A stretch of 64,000 nt of DNA from Nitrosopumilus sp. (GCA_965223425.1 OZ245003.1:832001-896000), one strand, 5' to 3'. Counted from the first letter of the stretch, positions 8,836 to 21,064 are shown. Notes: generated by a model from the sequence alone, not told the origin. Numbers and translations are program-made.

Positions 8836-9977
8836 TAGTAAGTACATAAAAAACCTGAACCATTTTGACAATTATTTTTGGCCAAAAGATCCAAGACAGG
8901 CCATACCGCACACACTGCATGTACAAACAAAAAAAGAGACAGGTTGCAAGGGGGGCAAAATTTCTGCCAAACACCGGCGTTGCAGACCTCAAAAGGGCAT
9001 ACAAAAAAGAGACCGATCCCAGAAGGCGCGACAGGCTGCTTGCGTACATGCAGCGCAAGGACGGCGTGCCGCTAGACAGGATTGGAAGGATGCTGGGAAG
9101 GCCCAAGTCCACCATATCTGCATGGCTCAACCGCGCACAGGACGAGGGAATACGCGCAAGGTTCGAGCGCAGCGGCAGGGGACGAAAGCACCTGATAGGC
9201 GGGCCGCAGGCAAGACAGCTTGCAGCAGACCTGGATGCGGGGCCAGAATCATGCGGCTTTGAGAGCAGCCTGTGGGATTCCAACCTGGTAAGGCTGCACA
9301 TCAAGAAAAAGTTCGGCGTGCAGTACAGCAAGACAGGCGCGCTGCAGCTGGTCAGGGAGATGGGCTTTTCGTGGAGCAAGGCGCGTCCAAAAAACCCAAG
9401 ATCAGCCTCAAAAAGAAAGCAAAAAGAGTTTCAGGAGCGGGCAAAAAAACTCGTTGCAGAAAAGTCGGCGCAGGGATACACCGTACTGGCCGGCGATGCA
9501 TCCTCGATTCAAAAGGCATCAAACAGGCCCGGCTACGGATGGAGAAGGCGCGGCAAGCGCGCCACATCCCCCTCTGTTTTGTCACGCGAAAGAAGATACA
9601 TCTTTGGAGCTTTGGCGGCAAACGCATTTTACTTTATGTTTTATGAAAAGTCAAACAGCGACAGCTTTTGCAACTTTTTGGAACGGGTTCACAAAAGATT
9701 CGGCAAGGTGCTGCTGTTTGTAGACAATGCGTCATATCACAAATCCAAAAAGGTAAAGGAGTTTCTGGAAAGATACAACGGCGAGATAGTTCTGGAGTAC
9801 CTGCTGCCGTACACGCCGGAGCTTAATCCCATTGAGATGCAGTGGAGGGTGATAAAACGGGTACTGTCTGCAAAGGTGTTTGGCACGCCAGGTGGGATGG
9901 AGCAGTCAGTACGCAAGCTGTTTGCCAGAAAGGAGATCCTGCCTGTGAAAATGTTCAATTATTTAATGTGCTAACTA
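8836..9977 (+). mobile_element. IS630-family element type B with intact transposase (8865..9974)
   Basis: Ends TAGTAAGTACAT and ATGTGCTAACTA; single ORF with HTH, GDAS, DNASYH and YTPELNPIE. Confidence 0.9.
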
Positions 9978-9988
9978 CAGAACCATAT

Positions 9989-12609
9989 CAGCTAAGCGAA
10001 ATGTGTCCCAAGCCTGAGATCATGTCAGTAGTTCCCAGATGTAGATTTGTGCCTAGATGTAGGTTTATGCCCAGATGCCGGTGCGTTACCGCATAACTGC
10101 AATGCAAAGATCCAGATTAGGCTACGGCGTGCAATATGTCATGAAAGTCGAATTACAAGACGAACTGATCGCACGCCAGTACAATATAACATCAAACCGG
10201 TTTAAAATCCTGCGCTCGTCGTTTCAAAAGCTTGGCATGCCAATGTCTGAGAGGCACAACGCCGTATACGGATGCGGCGACATACTGGACGTGCTAATCA
10301 GGGCGTCTGAGAGAAACACGTTTGTAGAATCCCTCGTACGGCACAACAGGCTTCAAGACACGGGTGCACGTACGCCTGATGCAGACCTGGTCATGTCTGC
10401 AGTCCGTGGCGTCAAACCGGCAGACGTGCAGGCCTGGTGTGCAAGGACGCTGGCACGCACGGTGCGGCACGCCCGCCATACAGGAATGCTGCAGGACATC
10501 GACGCCATTGCAATAGACGTTACGGACATACCATACCATGGGGAGCAGCTGCAGGAGCATACAAGAAAGTCGCGTCCAAAGGCAGGAACATCCACGTTTC
10601 TCTCGTATGTCGCAGTGCACGGAGTCGGCAGGGACTCCTCGCAGATTGTCCTGGAATCGCAGCTGCTGCCGGCAAAGGAAAAACTGGCCGATTTTATAGC
10701 CAAAACACGCACGAAAATCCTCAGAGGGGGCGCACACTCAAAGACTGTGTTCCTGTACGACCGCGCCTTTTACAACGTTGACTGCATGACAGAGGCAGGA
10801 AAGGGCGGGTGCCGCTACATCATGCCTGTCATCATGAACTCCAAGATCAAGAGGACAGTCAAGATGTACAAGGACGGAAAGGCAAGCCAGGTATCGCAGC
10901 AGTCAATGACCAACAAAGACGGCGTAACTGTGACCTACAACCTTGTAATTGTCAAAAGAGACAGGAAGAAGAAGAAGAAAAAGGGGGAGGGGGAAGAGGA
11001 GGAAGAGGAGCAATACATTGCGTTTGCAACAAACATTCTCATCAGGAGCGCCAGAGCCATGACAGGCATCATACCGGAGCAGTACCGCAAGAGATGGGGC
11101 ATCGAGACGGGGTTTCGCGTCATAAAGGAGATCATGGGCAGGACATGCAGCAACTCCCTGTCTGTGAGGCTGCTGATGTTTTACCTGCCGCTGCTGCTGT
11201 ACAACCTGTGGAGGATTGCCAGGTTCTGCCTTGATGCGGGAAAGAGGCACGGAAGAGTGTCTTCTGCGGGAAAAAAACTCACCATGGCGTTGTTTATCGT
11301 GTACATTACAAGCAGAAACGAGTTGTTTGTCAATGATCGAGGCAAGTAGAACCGATGCCAGTTGCGGTTGCGGTAAATCTACATCTGGGAACTACTGATG
11401 TAGGCGGTTTGGACTGGCGTATGGGAAGTGATTCCAGCTGCACCTTAAACGTCAGCATGGTCATGACACTCTGCCTTTCAGTGCCATCAGAAAGCATTGC
11501 CCTGACAATCACCCATTCATTGTACAATACCAGAGAATGGTAAAAGTACAGCATCCGCGATTCCATGTCTGTGATCCGTGTCTTGGCCCCGCACTCCTCG
11601 ATTTTGCCGTACTCATCTTTATCCGCCATCTTTTGGCATAGACCTCGGTCCTGACTGCGGGATGGTTTGTTGCAAACCCGATGTATCTCTTTTCTGGGTC
11701 ATCAGAGTCTTTGGCCTTTTTCCTGTCAGTTATTATCATGGAATATTCAGCAGCAGAACCCAGGTTGTTTTTAATCACGTTCCCTGAGATTTTCCTTCTC
11801 TTCCCCTGTGCAAACTCTTGCAGGGCTGCCACCACGTTGTACGTATTCTTGCACGGCATCAGAAACTTTACGTTGTTTTCCTGCAGCCTGCTTATCGCAT
11901 CAACTGAGAAGAACTCACGGTCAAGCAACGCCAGGTGTATCCTGATGCCCCCATCCCTGCCATGGTTTTGAGGACGGCATCCACGTAATCAGGCACGGAT
12001 TCGAGCATCTTCAGGTATGATGCGGCAAGAACGATACGCATCTTGTCATTTACGCACTGGACTGTCATGTAACGCTCAAAGTATTTGGTTCCGTTCTTGT
12101 ATTTGGAACGTGTCAGCTCCGCCCCCGGTACCCTGTCATAGCGCGGTATGAGGTGCATATCGATTGCCATGTCCAGTCCTTTTTTTGGAAACCTGCCCAG
12201 TCTTTTGAGGGTTTCAAGATGCCTTGCTATCTTGTCTTCAAGCGTGTGCTGGATTGCATCCTGCTCAATTCCCTTGATTGCCGATGCAATCCACCTGTCA
12301 GACGGGGTATCGCAGCCTTTGCGCCTTTGCGCATCCGCCCACAGAAGAATCATGGTGGCAGCCTTTAGCATGCCGCAGTTCAGATCATCTGGTCCAAACG
12401 TTGCGTTGTACCTGTCTGATGTGTTGGCGCATGCAAGCATGTTTTTGGCGCCGTCTGCAACATCTTCATATATGCGTGGGTTGTTTAACAGTTCGCGGCT
12501 CTGTCTGGTTTTTTGTCTAAGCAACAAAAATCATGGGGTCGTACCCTCATTGATCTGTTTGCATTTTGTAGCCGATTTGGCCCGAATTAGAGCAGATTTC
12601 GCTTAGCTG
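9989..12609 (-). mobile_element. ISH3-family element type B (decayed transposase) containing a nested type A copy
   Basis: TIR CAGCTAAGCGAAAT at both ends; frameshifted ORF pieces 11892-12527, 11509-11928 and 11330-11629 (AIDMH, DREFF, YAKRW). Confidence 0.85.
10026..11397 (+). mobile_element. ISH3-family IS type A, copy 2 (transposase 10075..11349)
   Basis: Same 23-bp TIR as copy 1; TSD ATGT. Confidence 0.93.
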
Positions 12610-12625
12610 ACTATCGGCGCGGCGC

Positions 12626-15600
12626 TCAGGGGAACAACACAGAGACCTCGTCTGAAAAGAGTTTTTGCTTTCCCAGCCTCTCAAAGACCTTGTAGGTGAC
12701 TGTTTTTCCGGCCCAGTCGTCCTGTATGGCATCCAGAGCAAAAGCGTCAAAGCGGGGCGAAAGGTCAGCCATCTCATAGCCTGCACCATCAACGGATCTC
12801 TCGACCCTGTACCTGTTCTCGCCTATGGAATTGGAGTCGTCCCAGCTCAGGAGGATCTTGCCGTTTACGATATTGACGCCTAGGTCTATCAGCGAATCAA
12901 AGGGCTTGCCGCCGGTAACTATACTGAAGACAGTCTGCGTCGAATCATCGCCCCTGACCCCGACCCTGACGTCATATGGAGTGTCGGGTTCCAGGTTCAC
13001 GAACCTGTACTCGTTGCCGCCTGCAACAATGTCTGCAAATTTCAGTCTGGGCGAGTCCGAAGGCGCTATCACTACCTTGTAGTCTGCAGCGTCATTCAGG
13101 GAGTCCCATCGCAGAAAGACAGAATCAGAGGAGACATCGGTAAAAGTCACAGAGACGCGACCTGCCGCAGAGACTGCTCTGGGATTATCAGAATCGTCTA
13201 ACACGGACAGGGCAGAGTCGGAATTGGGAACAGAGACGGAGATGGTCTGGGATGCGATATGGCGGAGTTGCTGGTTTAGCGTGCTAAAATGGTAGTAATA
13301 AGTGGCGCCTTGAACTATGTTGTGTGAATCAGCATAACTGTCCAAAGCAGCAGGCAGATAAAAGACAAAGTCGTAAGAAGAAGAATCGGGAGCAGAACTG
13401 CGTCTTAACTCGTAATTGGAGATGTGATCACTGTCGGCAACGTCCCAAGACAGGTCAACAGAGTCGGCAGTAGCTGCGGCGCGAAGGTTGAAGGATTCAG
13501 AAGACGCCTCGGTGGAATTTACAAAGACATAAAATATCGCAAAGGCAGAATTGCCCGAAGAGTCAGAAACAGAACAGAACACCAGGTTCGTGCCCAGCAG
13601 GAACAGTGATCCGGAAGCGGGGTCGCATGCGGGGGCAACGACGCCGTCAACCAGATCAAAGGCAGAAGGCAGGACATAGTCTACGACAAAGGAGGCGCCG
13701 GAACTAAAGAATTTAGAAAAATCAGACACGCCGCCCATTGCGGGAGGAACCCGGTCCAGCACGGTTACAGTCTGGTTTGCGCTGGCAGAGTTGCCCGAAC
13801 CGTCGGTGGCAGTCCACGTCACAACGGTGGTGCCAAGCGGGAACAATGCGGGTGCATTGTGCGTTATGGTGGGCGAGGGGTCTGCATCGTCAAAGGCAAA
13901 GGCCGTGCCGATGTTTACGTCAGTCAAAGTGCCGGTGGCCTCGACTACATAGTCGTCAGAGGGGACGATAACGGGAGGATACGTGTCTGTAGAATCAGAC
14001 AGTGAGACATCTACTGTAACACCAAAACTGGTACTGGCAGTATTTCCTGAATCGTCAGTTGCAGTGCAGATTACAGTCGTGGTGCCAAGGGCAAACACAG
14101 AGCCTGATTCTGGCGTGCACGAGACTTCAATGTCCGGATCCACGGTATCGGCAGCTGCAGGCGCATCAAAGGTTACGACGTGTGCGGTGCCTGGTTCAAA
14201 CAGTCGGGTGACATCACCGTGTGCAGATATCGTGGGGGGAGTAGTATCCCGTATGGTGACGCTTTGGGTGTCAGCAGCAGTATTTCCTGAATCGTCAGTT
14301 GCAGTCCAGGTGACTATGGTGGTGCCAAGAGGGAATGACGCAGGCGCATCATTGGTTACTGCGGGACTGGGATCCACGTTGTCAGTTGCAACGGCCTGCC
14401 CTATGTCCACTGCTGTAAGTGATCCTGCGGCCTCTGCCGTGATGTCTGGAGGAGCGGCAATCTCTGGCCTAACCGCATCCTGAATCGCACCAAGATTTAG
14501 CGTGATCGTCTGGGTGGCACTGGCAGAGTTGTTTGACGAGTCAGTGGCAGTCCAAGTTACGGTTGTAGTTCCTATTGGAAATGATGTTGGAGCATTATTG
14601 GTTATTGACGGGTGTGGGTCTACCAAGTCAGTAGCAGTTGCCGTACCGTAGTCGTCCCGGGCAAGTGCTGTAAGCGTGCCTGTTGCGTCAAAGGATGCAT
14701 CCGCTGGGACTGTGATCACCGGAGGAGTGGTGTCCCGTATTGTTACGGTCTGCATGGCAGCAGCAGAGTTGTTGGCGTCATCTGTGGCAGTCCAGGTTAT
14801 GGTCGTGACACCCAGCGAGAATCCGCCGGCAGGCGCATCATTGGTTATTGCGGGACTGGGATCCACGTTGTCAGTTGCAGTCGCGGCGCCGATGTCTACT
14901 TTGGTCAGGATGCCTGTAGCCTCACCTACAACGTCGTCCGGCACGGTGATTATAGGCGGTATGGTATCAGACAGCGGATCCCCACGCACCTCGTAATTGC
15001 CGATTTGCACTATCTCGCCTTCACTGCTGGTGGTCGCAACGAGCTTTAGCTTGACATCAGAATGGGCAAGATGGTCACCAAGATCAAAGTTGGTTACATA
15101 GTGCCAGTAGCCGTCGTCATAGTAGTCGCCTCCGTCCCATTCTGCTATTTCAGTCCAGGAATTTCCACCGTTTGTGGAAATCTCCAGAGATACGCCCTCA
15201 TTGCTACCCATGCCGGCAGAAGCGTAAAACCAGAAATTGAGATATGCAGACTCGTATCGCGATAGATTCATTGATTCAGATGCCATGGCGCACTTTATGC
15301 TACAGTCCTCAGAATATGCTATGGTGTAATTAAGAGCAGTCGCAAATGGCGGCAGAAGGCCAGCAACGGTCCTCAGATTGAATGATTCGTCACGCGATTG
15401 CGTCAGCGTCCACTTTGAGAGATCCATTTGGAAATCATCTTGCTGGATTGTTTGGGAGCCCTGCCTGTCGTATATGTCAAAGGCATAGCTTTGCGTCTGT
15501 CCCCTGAAGGATGCAACTGTGGGGGCGTAGTCAAAGACTACGATGGCATTGTTTTCGTACTCGTGGGTTCCAGATGCAGAAGCTGTGAAGAACAGCGTTT

Positions 15601-16759
15601 TGTGCGGGTCAGACCATTGGCGCTGCCAACTACAATCAGTAGAATTGATGGCACCGCAATCTAAACTCATCAAGGTGGCATAGTCGCCGGCATCGTTGAC
15701 AAAGGCGTGGGCATAGGGCACCGGTGCCGAATCAGATTTATATTCAGCTCGCGCATGGGCGCCGCCCAGCAGATGCCCGATCTGGTGGCCTACTACTAGT
15801 CCCATGTCACTTTCACGCTCACAATTTACATTGATAACAATAAATGCAGAATCAGCGTCGGCTTGAACCTGTTTTGCTTTTCCACACTCTACTTGATCGT
15901 TGTGATCAACATACAGAATCACGATGTCGGCATTGGTGGTATTACGTAAGGTGTGAGCATAATCCCCATTGTTATCATTTGTGGCAACCAATTTATCCAA
16001 ATCCGTAGCCAGATCATTAGATTCAGAAAAATCACGATCCCTGATGTTGCTAGTGTCTATTTCGTTTATTTCAATCGGCAGATCGTTATAATCAAACGCG
16101 TCGTTGGTTTTTTCAATTGCTATAAACGAGATTCTGTTAATGTTGACTTGACCATAGTTCTTGCTTGCATTATTGGTGTAAAAGAAGAGAACATCTATTG
16201 TGATTTTTTCACCGTCGCGAATCTGTTGCGGGATTTCAATATGCCGAGAAAGCGTCTGTAGGCTGGACTGTAACGCAAAAGAACCCGTCAATTCATCGGA
16301 TTGATGGTTGGATTCCGGCTGAACTTCCCAGTTTTGGCCGTACTGATTTGGATTCATTTTTTGAATCATATGGTCATCACCTGCCACAGTTATCACGTAA
16401 TTTTTACCGGGACCACTCATTTCCATGCGTATCATGCTGTCAATCACCGAGATGTAAACATAGCCGTTCTCGATTGTACCCACGTACACGTAATCTGTCT
16501 CGCTTCTCAAGCTGGTTCTCTCGTGCGTGATTTCTATGGTTTCGTCAAAGATACTCAGTTGCATCTTTGGTTGGTTTAGCGCATCCAAGTTGACATTTAC
16601 GTATGTTGCGTTGGAGACAGCAGGAGTAGTTATTTCAGGCGGTGCCCTGATGTCTGTCGGTATTTCCTCTACAAACTCGGGTATCTGTTGCGCAGATGAA
16701 TCCTGCATCAACATCACAAAAGCAGAGAGGGCAAGTACCAAAACTAGGATCTTAATCAT
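12626..16759 (-). CDS. Large secreted/surface protein: reprolysin-like (M12B) domain, HYR repeats, FN3-like domains
   Basis: Signal peptide; GHQIGHLLGGAH followed by a TLMS Met-turn; repeated DTxPPxI...GTTxVTWTATD HYR units; FVNLEPDTPYDVRV FN3 motif. Confidence 0.8.
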   Translation of the reverse strand: MIKILVLVLALSAFVMLMQDSSAQQIPEFVEEIPTDIRAPPEITTPAVSNATYVNVNLDALNQPKMQLSIFDETIEITHERTSLRSETDYVYVGTIENGYVYISVIDSMIRMEMSGPGKNYVITVAGDDHMIQKMNPNQYGQNWEVQPESNHQSDELTGSFALQSSLQTLSRHIEIPQQIRDGEKITIDVLFFYTNNASKNYGQVNINRISFIAIEKTNDAFDYNDLPIEINEIDTSNIRDRDFSESNDLATDLDKLVATNDNNGDYAHTLRNTTNADIVILYVDHNDQVECGKAKQVQADADSAFIVINVNCERESDMGLVVGHQIGHLLGGAHARAEYKSDSAPVPYAHAFVNDAGDYATLMSLDCGAINSTDCSWQRQWSDPHKTLFFTASASGTHEYENNAIVVFDYAPTVASFRGQTQSYAFDIYDRQGSQTIQQDDFQMDLSKWTLTQSRDESFNLRTVAGLLPPFATALNYTIAYSEDCSIKCAMASESMNLSRYESAYLNFWFYASAGMGSNEGVSLEISTNGGNSWTEIAEWDGGDYYDDGYWHYVTNFDLGDHLAHSDVKLKLVATTSSEGEIVQIGNYEVRGDPLSDTIPPIITVPDDVVGEATGILTKVDIGAATATDNVDPSPAITNDAPAGGFSLGVTTITWTATDDANNSAAAMQTVTIRDTTPPVITVPADASFDATGTLTALARDDYGTATATDLVDPHPSITNNAPTSFPIGTTTVTWTATDSSNNSASATQTITLNLGAIQDAVRPEIAAPPDITAEAAGSLTAVDIGQAVATDNVDPSPAVTNDAPASFPLGTTIVTWTATDDSGNTAADTQSVTIRDTTPPTISAHGDVTRLFEPGTAHVVTFDAPAAADTVDPDIEVSCTPESGSVFALGTTTVICTATDDSGNTASTSFGVTVDVSLSDSTDTYPPVIVPSDDYVVEATGTLTDVNIGTAFAFDDADPSPTITHNAPALFPLGTTVVTWTATDGSGNSASANQTVTVLDRVPPAMGGVSDFSKFFSSGASFVVDYVLPSAFDLVDGVVAPACDPASGSLFLLGTNLVFCSVSDSSGNSAFAIFYVFVNSTEASSESFNLRAAATADSVDLSWDVADSDHISNYELRRSSAPDSSSYDFVFYLPAALDSYADSHNIVQGATYYYHFSTLNQQLRHIASQTISVSVPNSDSALSVLDDSDNPRAVSAAGRVSVTFTDVSSDSVFLRWDSLNDAADYKVVIAPSDSPRLKFADIVAGGNEYRFVNLEPDTPYDVRVGVRGDDSTQTVFSIVTGGKPFDSLIDLGVNIVNGKILLSWDDSNSIGENRYRVERSVDGAGYEMADLSPRFDAFALDAIQDDWAGKTVTYKVFERLGKQKLFSDEVSVLFP

Positions 16760-16960
16760 AATACTATCACAGGTAGAGAATGTTTATTATAGTTTTTTTG
16801 ATTGCAGCATCTGGCGATCAGCCGGATCGTTTTTCCTCATTAACTCCGCATTCTGACCGTTGTTTTTGGCGTACATCAGAGATAAAATGGAGATACAGCA
16901 ACAGAGATGAAGATACTTTTTCATTATTGCTTGATTATGTGTTAGTGGTGAATAATTGAG

Positions 16961-18271
16961 TCACCTAAAATATAATTTTTTTTCCAGTTTCCCCGTCTCG
17001 TCGTTGACGTAATAATGACCTGCATCGCCTTGCTTCTCTGCAAACAGTGGCTTTCCGGTTATCGCATCAATGGTGGCAAAATACGCAATAGACACATAGT
17101 CATCACTGGACCCCTTTATGGAAGGAGGAATCCAGCAGTATGTTACTTCGATTTTGTAAACTGGTCGGTCTAGTAGCATTTTTGTTATAAAAAATCCTCT
17201 CTCTCGGGGCTCATGGTTGTCTTTGCATCCAGTGTTGAGATACCTGTCATTTTCCAGCACATACTTGATGGCAGTAGCCTTGGCAGTTGCCATATCGACT
17301 GTGTCTATCTCGTCGAGGTTCTCATTCCAGTATCCAAAGTAGAAGCCGGTGAATCCACCGTAGAAATTGGCTGCAAAAGTATTAGTATACACAGTATTGC
17401 CGTTTAGAAGCTGGTAATACACGTGTCTGTAGTCGTGTGAGTAGTTTTCGAGATGGGGGTTGCCCATATACTGCGGATTCATTCCCATGTGTTCAAGAAA
17501 GTCATGTGCTGCCTGCTCGGCATCGTTTAGTTTTATCTGGTGCGGATATCCAAACGTGATTGAAACTCTATAACGATTGTCCACATACTTGTAGATGAAG
17601 ATATGTCCGGTTTCAGTAAAGTATGAGATTTTGTTGTGTGAGACGCGTTTTTCTACAATCTTGTCTCCGGTAAAACTCACGATCTTCTCTGCAAATGCGT
17701 CAGGATCATCTGGCGGCAGTTTGACGGCCGGAGGATACGTGATGTCCTGAGGTATCAGCTCCGACACTTTCTTGGATCCCATGACGTACGCAGGTTCCTC
17801 GCCGGATCCGGCACGGTTGAAGGTCGTGCATAAGTTTATGTGGACTTTGCAAATGGCGTATACAGGTTCCTCGTCGGCTCCTGTCTGGTTTTGCATGTCG
17901 GGAAGCTCTTGCATGTTTTCTGCTTCAAAAATCTGATCATCGCCTACGTTATGGTTAGTCTCCGGCATGTCGGGAAGCTCTTGCATGTTTTCTGCTTCTG
18001 CGGGCTGCTGGTTTCTGGGAACTGTGCCGTCTGTTTGTAAAAGCGTGACCCATCCGCGCTGCTCAAGCCTCTTGGCAGACGCTTCACTCACGCAGACAGG
18101 TGTGCCTCGCGACGATTCCATAAGTATCTTTGAATCCGAGCACTGCACCTGCTCAACTGGTGTGCCATCCCTGAACTGTTCGTATGGGGAGGACGTTGCC
18201 GGATCTGCAAGCGCAGGCATCATGCTCAATCCGAGTGCCAGAGCTGCCAATACCGGCGTCATCGCGTTCAT
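16961..18271 (-). CDS. Secreted protein with Cys-pair N-terminal module
   Basis: Signal peptide; SPYEQFRDG..VQC..CV..LEQRGW module, recalled as common in Nitrosopumilaceae; EAENMQELPDM duplicated. Confidence 0.7.
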   Translation of the reverse strand: MNAMTPVLAALALGLSMMPALADPATSSPYEQFRDGTPVEQVQCSDSKILMESSRGTPVCVSEASAKRLEQRGWVTLLQTDGTVPRNQQPAEAENMQELPDMPETNHNVGDDQIFEAENMQELPDMQNQTGADEEPVYAICKVHINLCTTFNRAGSGEEPAYVMGSKKVSELIPQDITYPPAVKLPPDDPDAFAEKIVSFTGDKIVEKRVSHNKISYFTETGHIFIYKYVDNRYRVSITFGYPHQIKLNDAEQAAHDFLEHMGMNPQYMGNPHLENYSHDYRHVYYQLLNGNTVYTNTFAANFYGGFTGFYFGYWNENLDEIDTVDMATAKATAIKYVLENDRYLNTGCKDNHEPRERGFFITKMLLDRPVYKIEVTYCWIPPSIKGSSDDYVSIAYFATIDAITGKPLFAEKQGDAGHYYVNDETGKLEKKLYFR

Positions 18272-18713
18272 TGATCATGGATTGCATGTCAGAATAAAAG
18301 ACTGACTATTCTTCACACTGCTCCAAGCTCGGAACATTTCCAATTACTGCTCAATTAGGGACATGGAATCTACACTAATACGATAACGAATTATCAGTTC
18401 TGTACTTTTACTATAAGAACTAGTAGACTTTATTCATAATTTGTGGGATATGAAAAGTAGTTTGCCCCCTATGAAACATCATGTTCCTCTCCCGTCTTCT
18501 CATCTATGACCGTTTGGCCTGCAGGCGGCATCTTGAACACATGATAACCACCTCGTCGTAGTTGTAGTGATGAATCTACCCCTGTGTACGTATGGGCCAT
18601 GCGCCCTTGATCTTGAATGGGGCAGTCCGAGCTGCTGTGTGACTGGGCCTTGCGCCCTGATAGGTGTATGCAGCTTCCGATCCGTCAAAGATCCGAAAGA
18701 TGTGATAGAAAGG

Positions 18714-20943
18714 ATGAGCAAAGGAACAATCAGCATAGGAATAGACATTGGAAAGAGAAAATGTGACGTATGCGTCATGGACGGGAAAGGAAAGGTTTTG
18801 CATACTGGCCAGTATCAAAACACCGTCTCAGATGCAGACAGATTCGCAGAACATGTGGCACTCAGGTATTCTGCCAGAAGATGTCAGGCAGCATGCGAGA
18901 CGACGGGCAACATGTGGAACATCACATACGGCGCCTTTGAGAGACATGGAATCGACATAAAGCTTGCCAACACCTACAAGATGGCAATAATTGCAAAGAC
19001 GGGAAAGAAGACAGACAAGATTGACGCACAAAAGATAGCAAGCGTATTGAGGATGGATTCAATACCAGAGTGTTATGTGCCGTCAGCTGACACAAGAGGA
19101 GTCCGGGCCATGGTCAGACAGAGGATCAGGACCGTAGTGACTAGGATAAATAACCGCTCATCCTTGTTATCCTGACCTCACGTCTATACAGCATTGTCCA
19201 TATGGATTCCTTCATCACCTTTGTGCTTTCATACATCACGTTTGCAGTGGCCCTTCTTAACAGCCTCCACTGCCCCTCCGTGGTATTCAGCTCCGGGGTG
19301 TACACGGGCAAGTAAACAAGGACTATGTCGCCGTCATACGAGTCGACAAAATCATTGACCATCTTTGACTTGTGGTACGATGCGTTATCAAGAAAGACGA
19401 TGATCTTGCCGTGCTTGAGATGCAGGTGTCCGAGCATGTCCACAAAGCTGTAGCTGTCGGCCTTGGCATAGAACCTGCAGTCAAAGCCGCCGTCGTACAG
19501 CGCCCCAAACGAGTAGAACCTTTTGCGCGACAGGCTGACTGGAGTGGTGACGGGCCTGCCCCTGGGGTACCACCCGTTCTTGGTATTCCACCCAATGATA
19601 AAGGAGGCCTCGTCAACTGTAACCACCGTATGGTCTGGATGACTCCGGATTATCTCCCCTGCTTTTTTTTAAACTTTTTTTTCTCTGATTCTGAGGCTGA
19701 CTTGGGTGCTTTGGACGCGGCTTTCTGCACGAAAAGCCCATCCTGTGCAGTATGTCATATATGCTGACAGTGGCATACTGCACGCCGAACTTTTTTCTGA
19801 TGTGTACGGCCAGCAGCGGTGCCGTCCACACTCCGGACTCAAAGCCGCAACTGCGCGGGCCTGCCAGCAGGTCTGCGCGCAGCTGTTCTATCTGTTCCGG
19901 ATCGAGCTTGTTTGGCGCGCCTTTGTTTTTGATGTCGTACCTGCCGCAGGTGCCAAGCTGTGCGGCGCGCACAAGCCAGTCCCGTACTGTAGAGTATGAC
20001 CTGTTGAGGGCCCTGCATATCTGGCGTATGGACATGCCCTCCTTGCGCATGGCATAGGCCAGCAGCCTTGCTGCGGCCCTGGGATCTGTCTCCTTTTTGT
20101 GCATGCTGCGCAGGCGCGCACTGGAGACGCCGGACAGGAACCTTCTGTCTGCCGGTATTACTATGGAATCGTTGTATTTCATGCGGATTCTGCCATACAC
20201 TGGGATCTAGATCTTGTGGTTGAATAATGTTGTCTGTTTTGTGAGCGATTGTTAATCCAATTCACTACGTACAGGACAGGACACGCGTGATAAACCGCGT
20301 CCACAGCCTGCTTGACAGATACGATGTGAAAATCGATGCCTCTGAGATGTATGCCATAAAGGCCGTAGAACAGATGGAGTCTGCAAGCCTGGGATCCGTA
20401 CATGACGAAATAGTACTGAGTCAGTGTGCCCGGCAGATAAGGAGCCTTACCGAGGAGATAAGACACATGGATGAACACCTGGAAAAGGAGGCATCGCTAA
20501 ACGAGGATGCAAAACTTCTTGCCAGCATGACTGGCATGGGAATCTACTCTGCACTGCTGCTTGCAGTCGAGATAGCCGACATTGTCAGATTCGAGACCCC
20601 AAAGAATCTCGTCTCATGGGCAGGCCTGTGTCCGGCGATACACCAGTCAGGCGACAAAAACTACATGGGCAGAATCAAAAAGCTTGACACCAACAGTCTG
20701 GTCAACTGGGTTATGTGCGAGGCTGCAAACACGGCGGTAATTCATGATACTAGAATGAAGGCAGTATACGAGTCTTCCAAGAGAAGACATGCAGGCAAGC
20801 ATGCACTTGCCATAGTGACTGTCGCCAACAAGATGATAACCATAGCGTGGCACATACTCAAGACCAGGACACCATACGAGTCCCGAAACGAGGGACTGTA
20901 CAAACGCAAGCTTGCCAAGATGGAAAAGGCACGCCAGAGGTGA
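18714..20943 (+). pseudogene. IS110 DEDD recombinase split by IS630
   Basis: IGIDIGK, ACETTG, KTDKIDA (RuvC-like DEDD) and HQSG serine motif. Reconstitutes to 364 aa across RIRTVQDRTRVIN. Confidence 0.92.
19135..20267 (-). mobile_element. IS630-family element type A, copy 2
   Basis: Near-identical to 5909-7039; CG on both flanks; one fewer A in the slippery run. Confidence 0.9.
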
Positions 20944-21064
20944 TTGGTATGTGTCATCCCACCAAATTATCTCTCCAGCGTTAGCTATAAATCTTGCACC
21001 GTACAAGTAGGCACGGATCGGAAATACAACTGGGATGCGTTGCCGCAACACGCCCGGTGGTTAA

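Larger units (their letters stand above)
18442..20962 (+). mobile_element. IS110-family element interrupted by IS630 type A
   Basis: Non-coding left end of about 270 bp; terminal-region inverted repeats GTGGGAT / ATCCCAC; left boundary defined by the second copy at 8750. Confidence 0.85.

Noticed and set aside
18567-18713. Extended coding N-terminus of the IS110 recombinase
   Set aside because: The DEDD domain starts at MSKGTISIGID (18714); the upstream region is better explained as a structured non-coding end.
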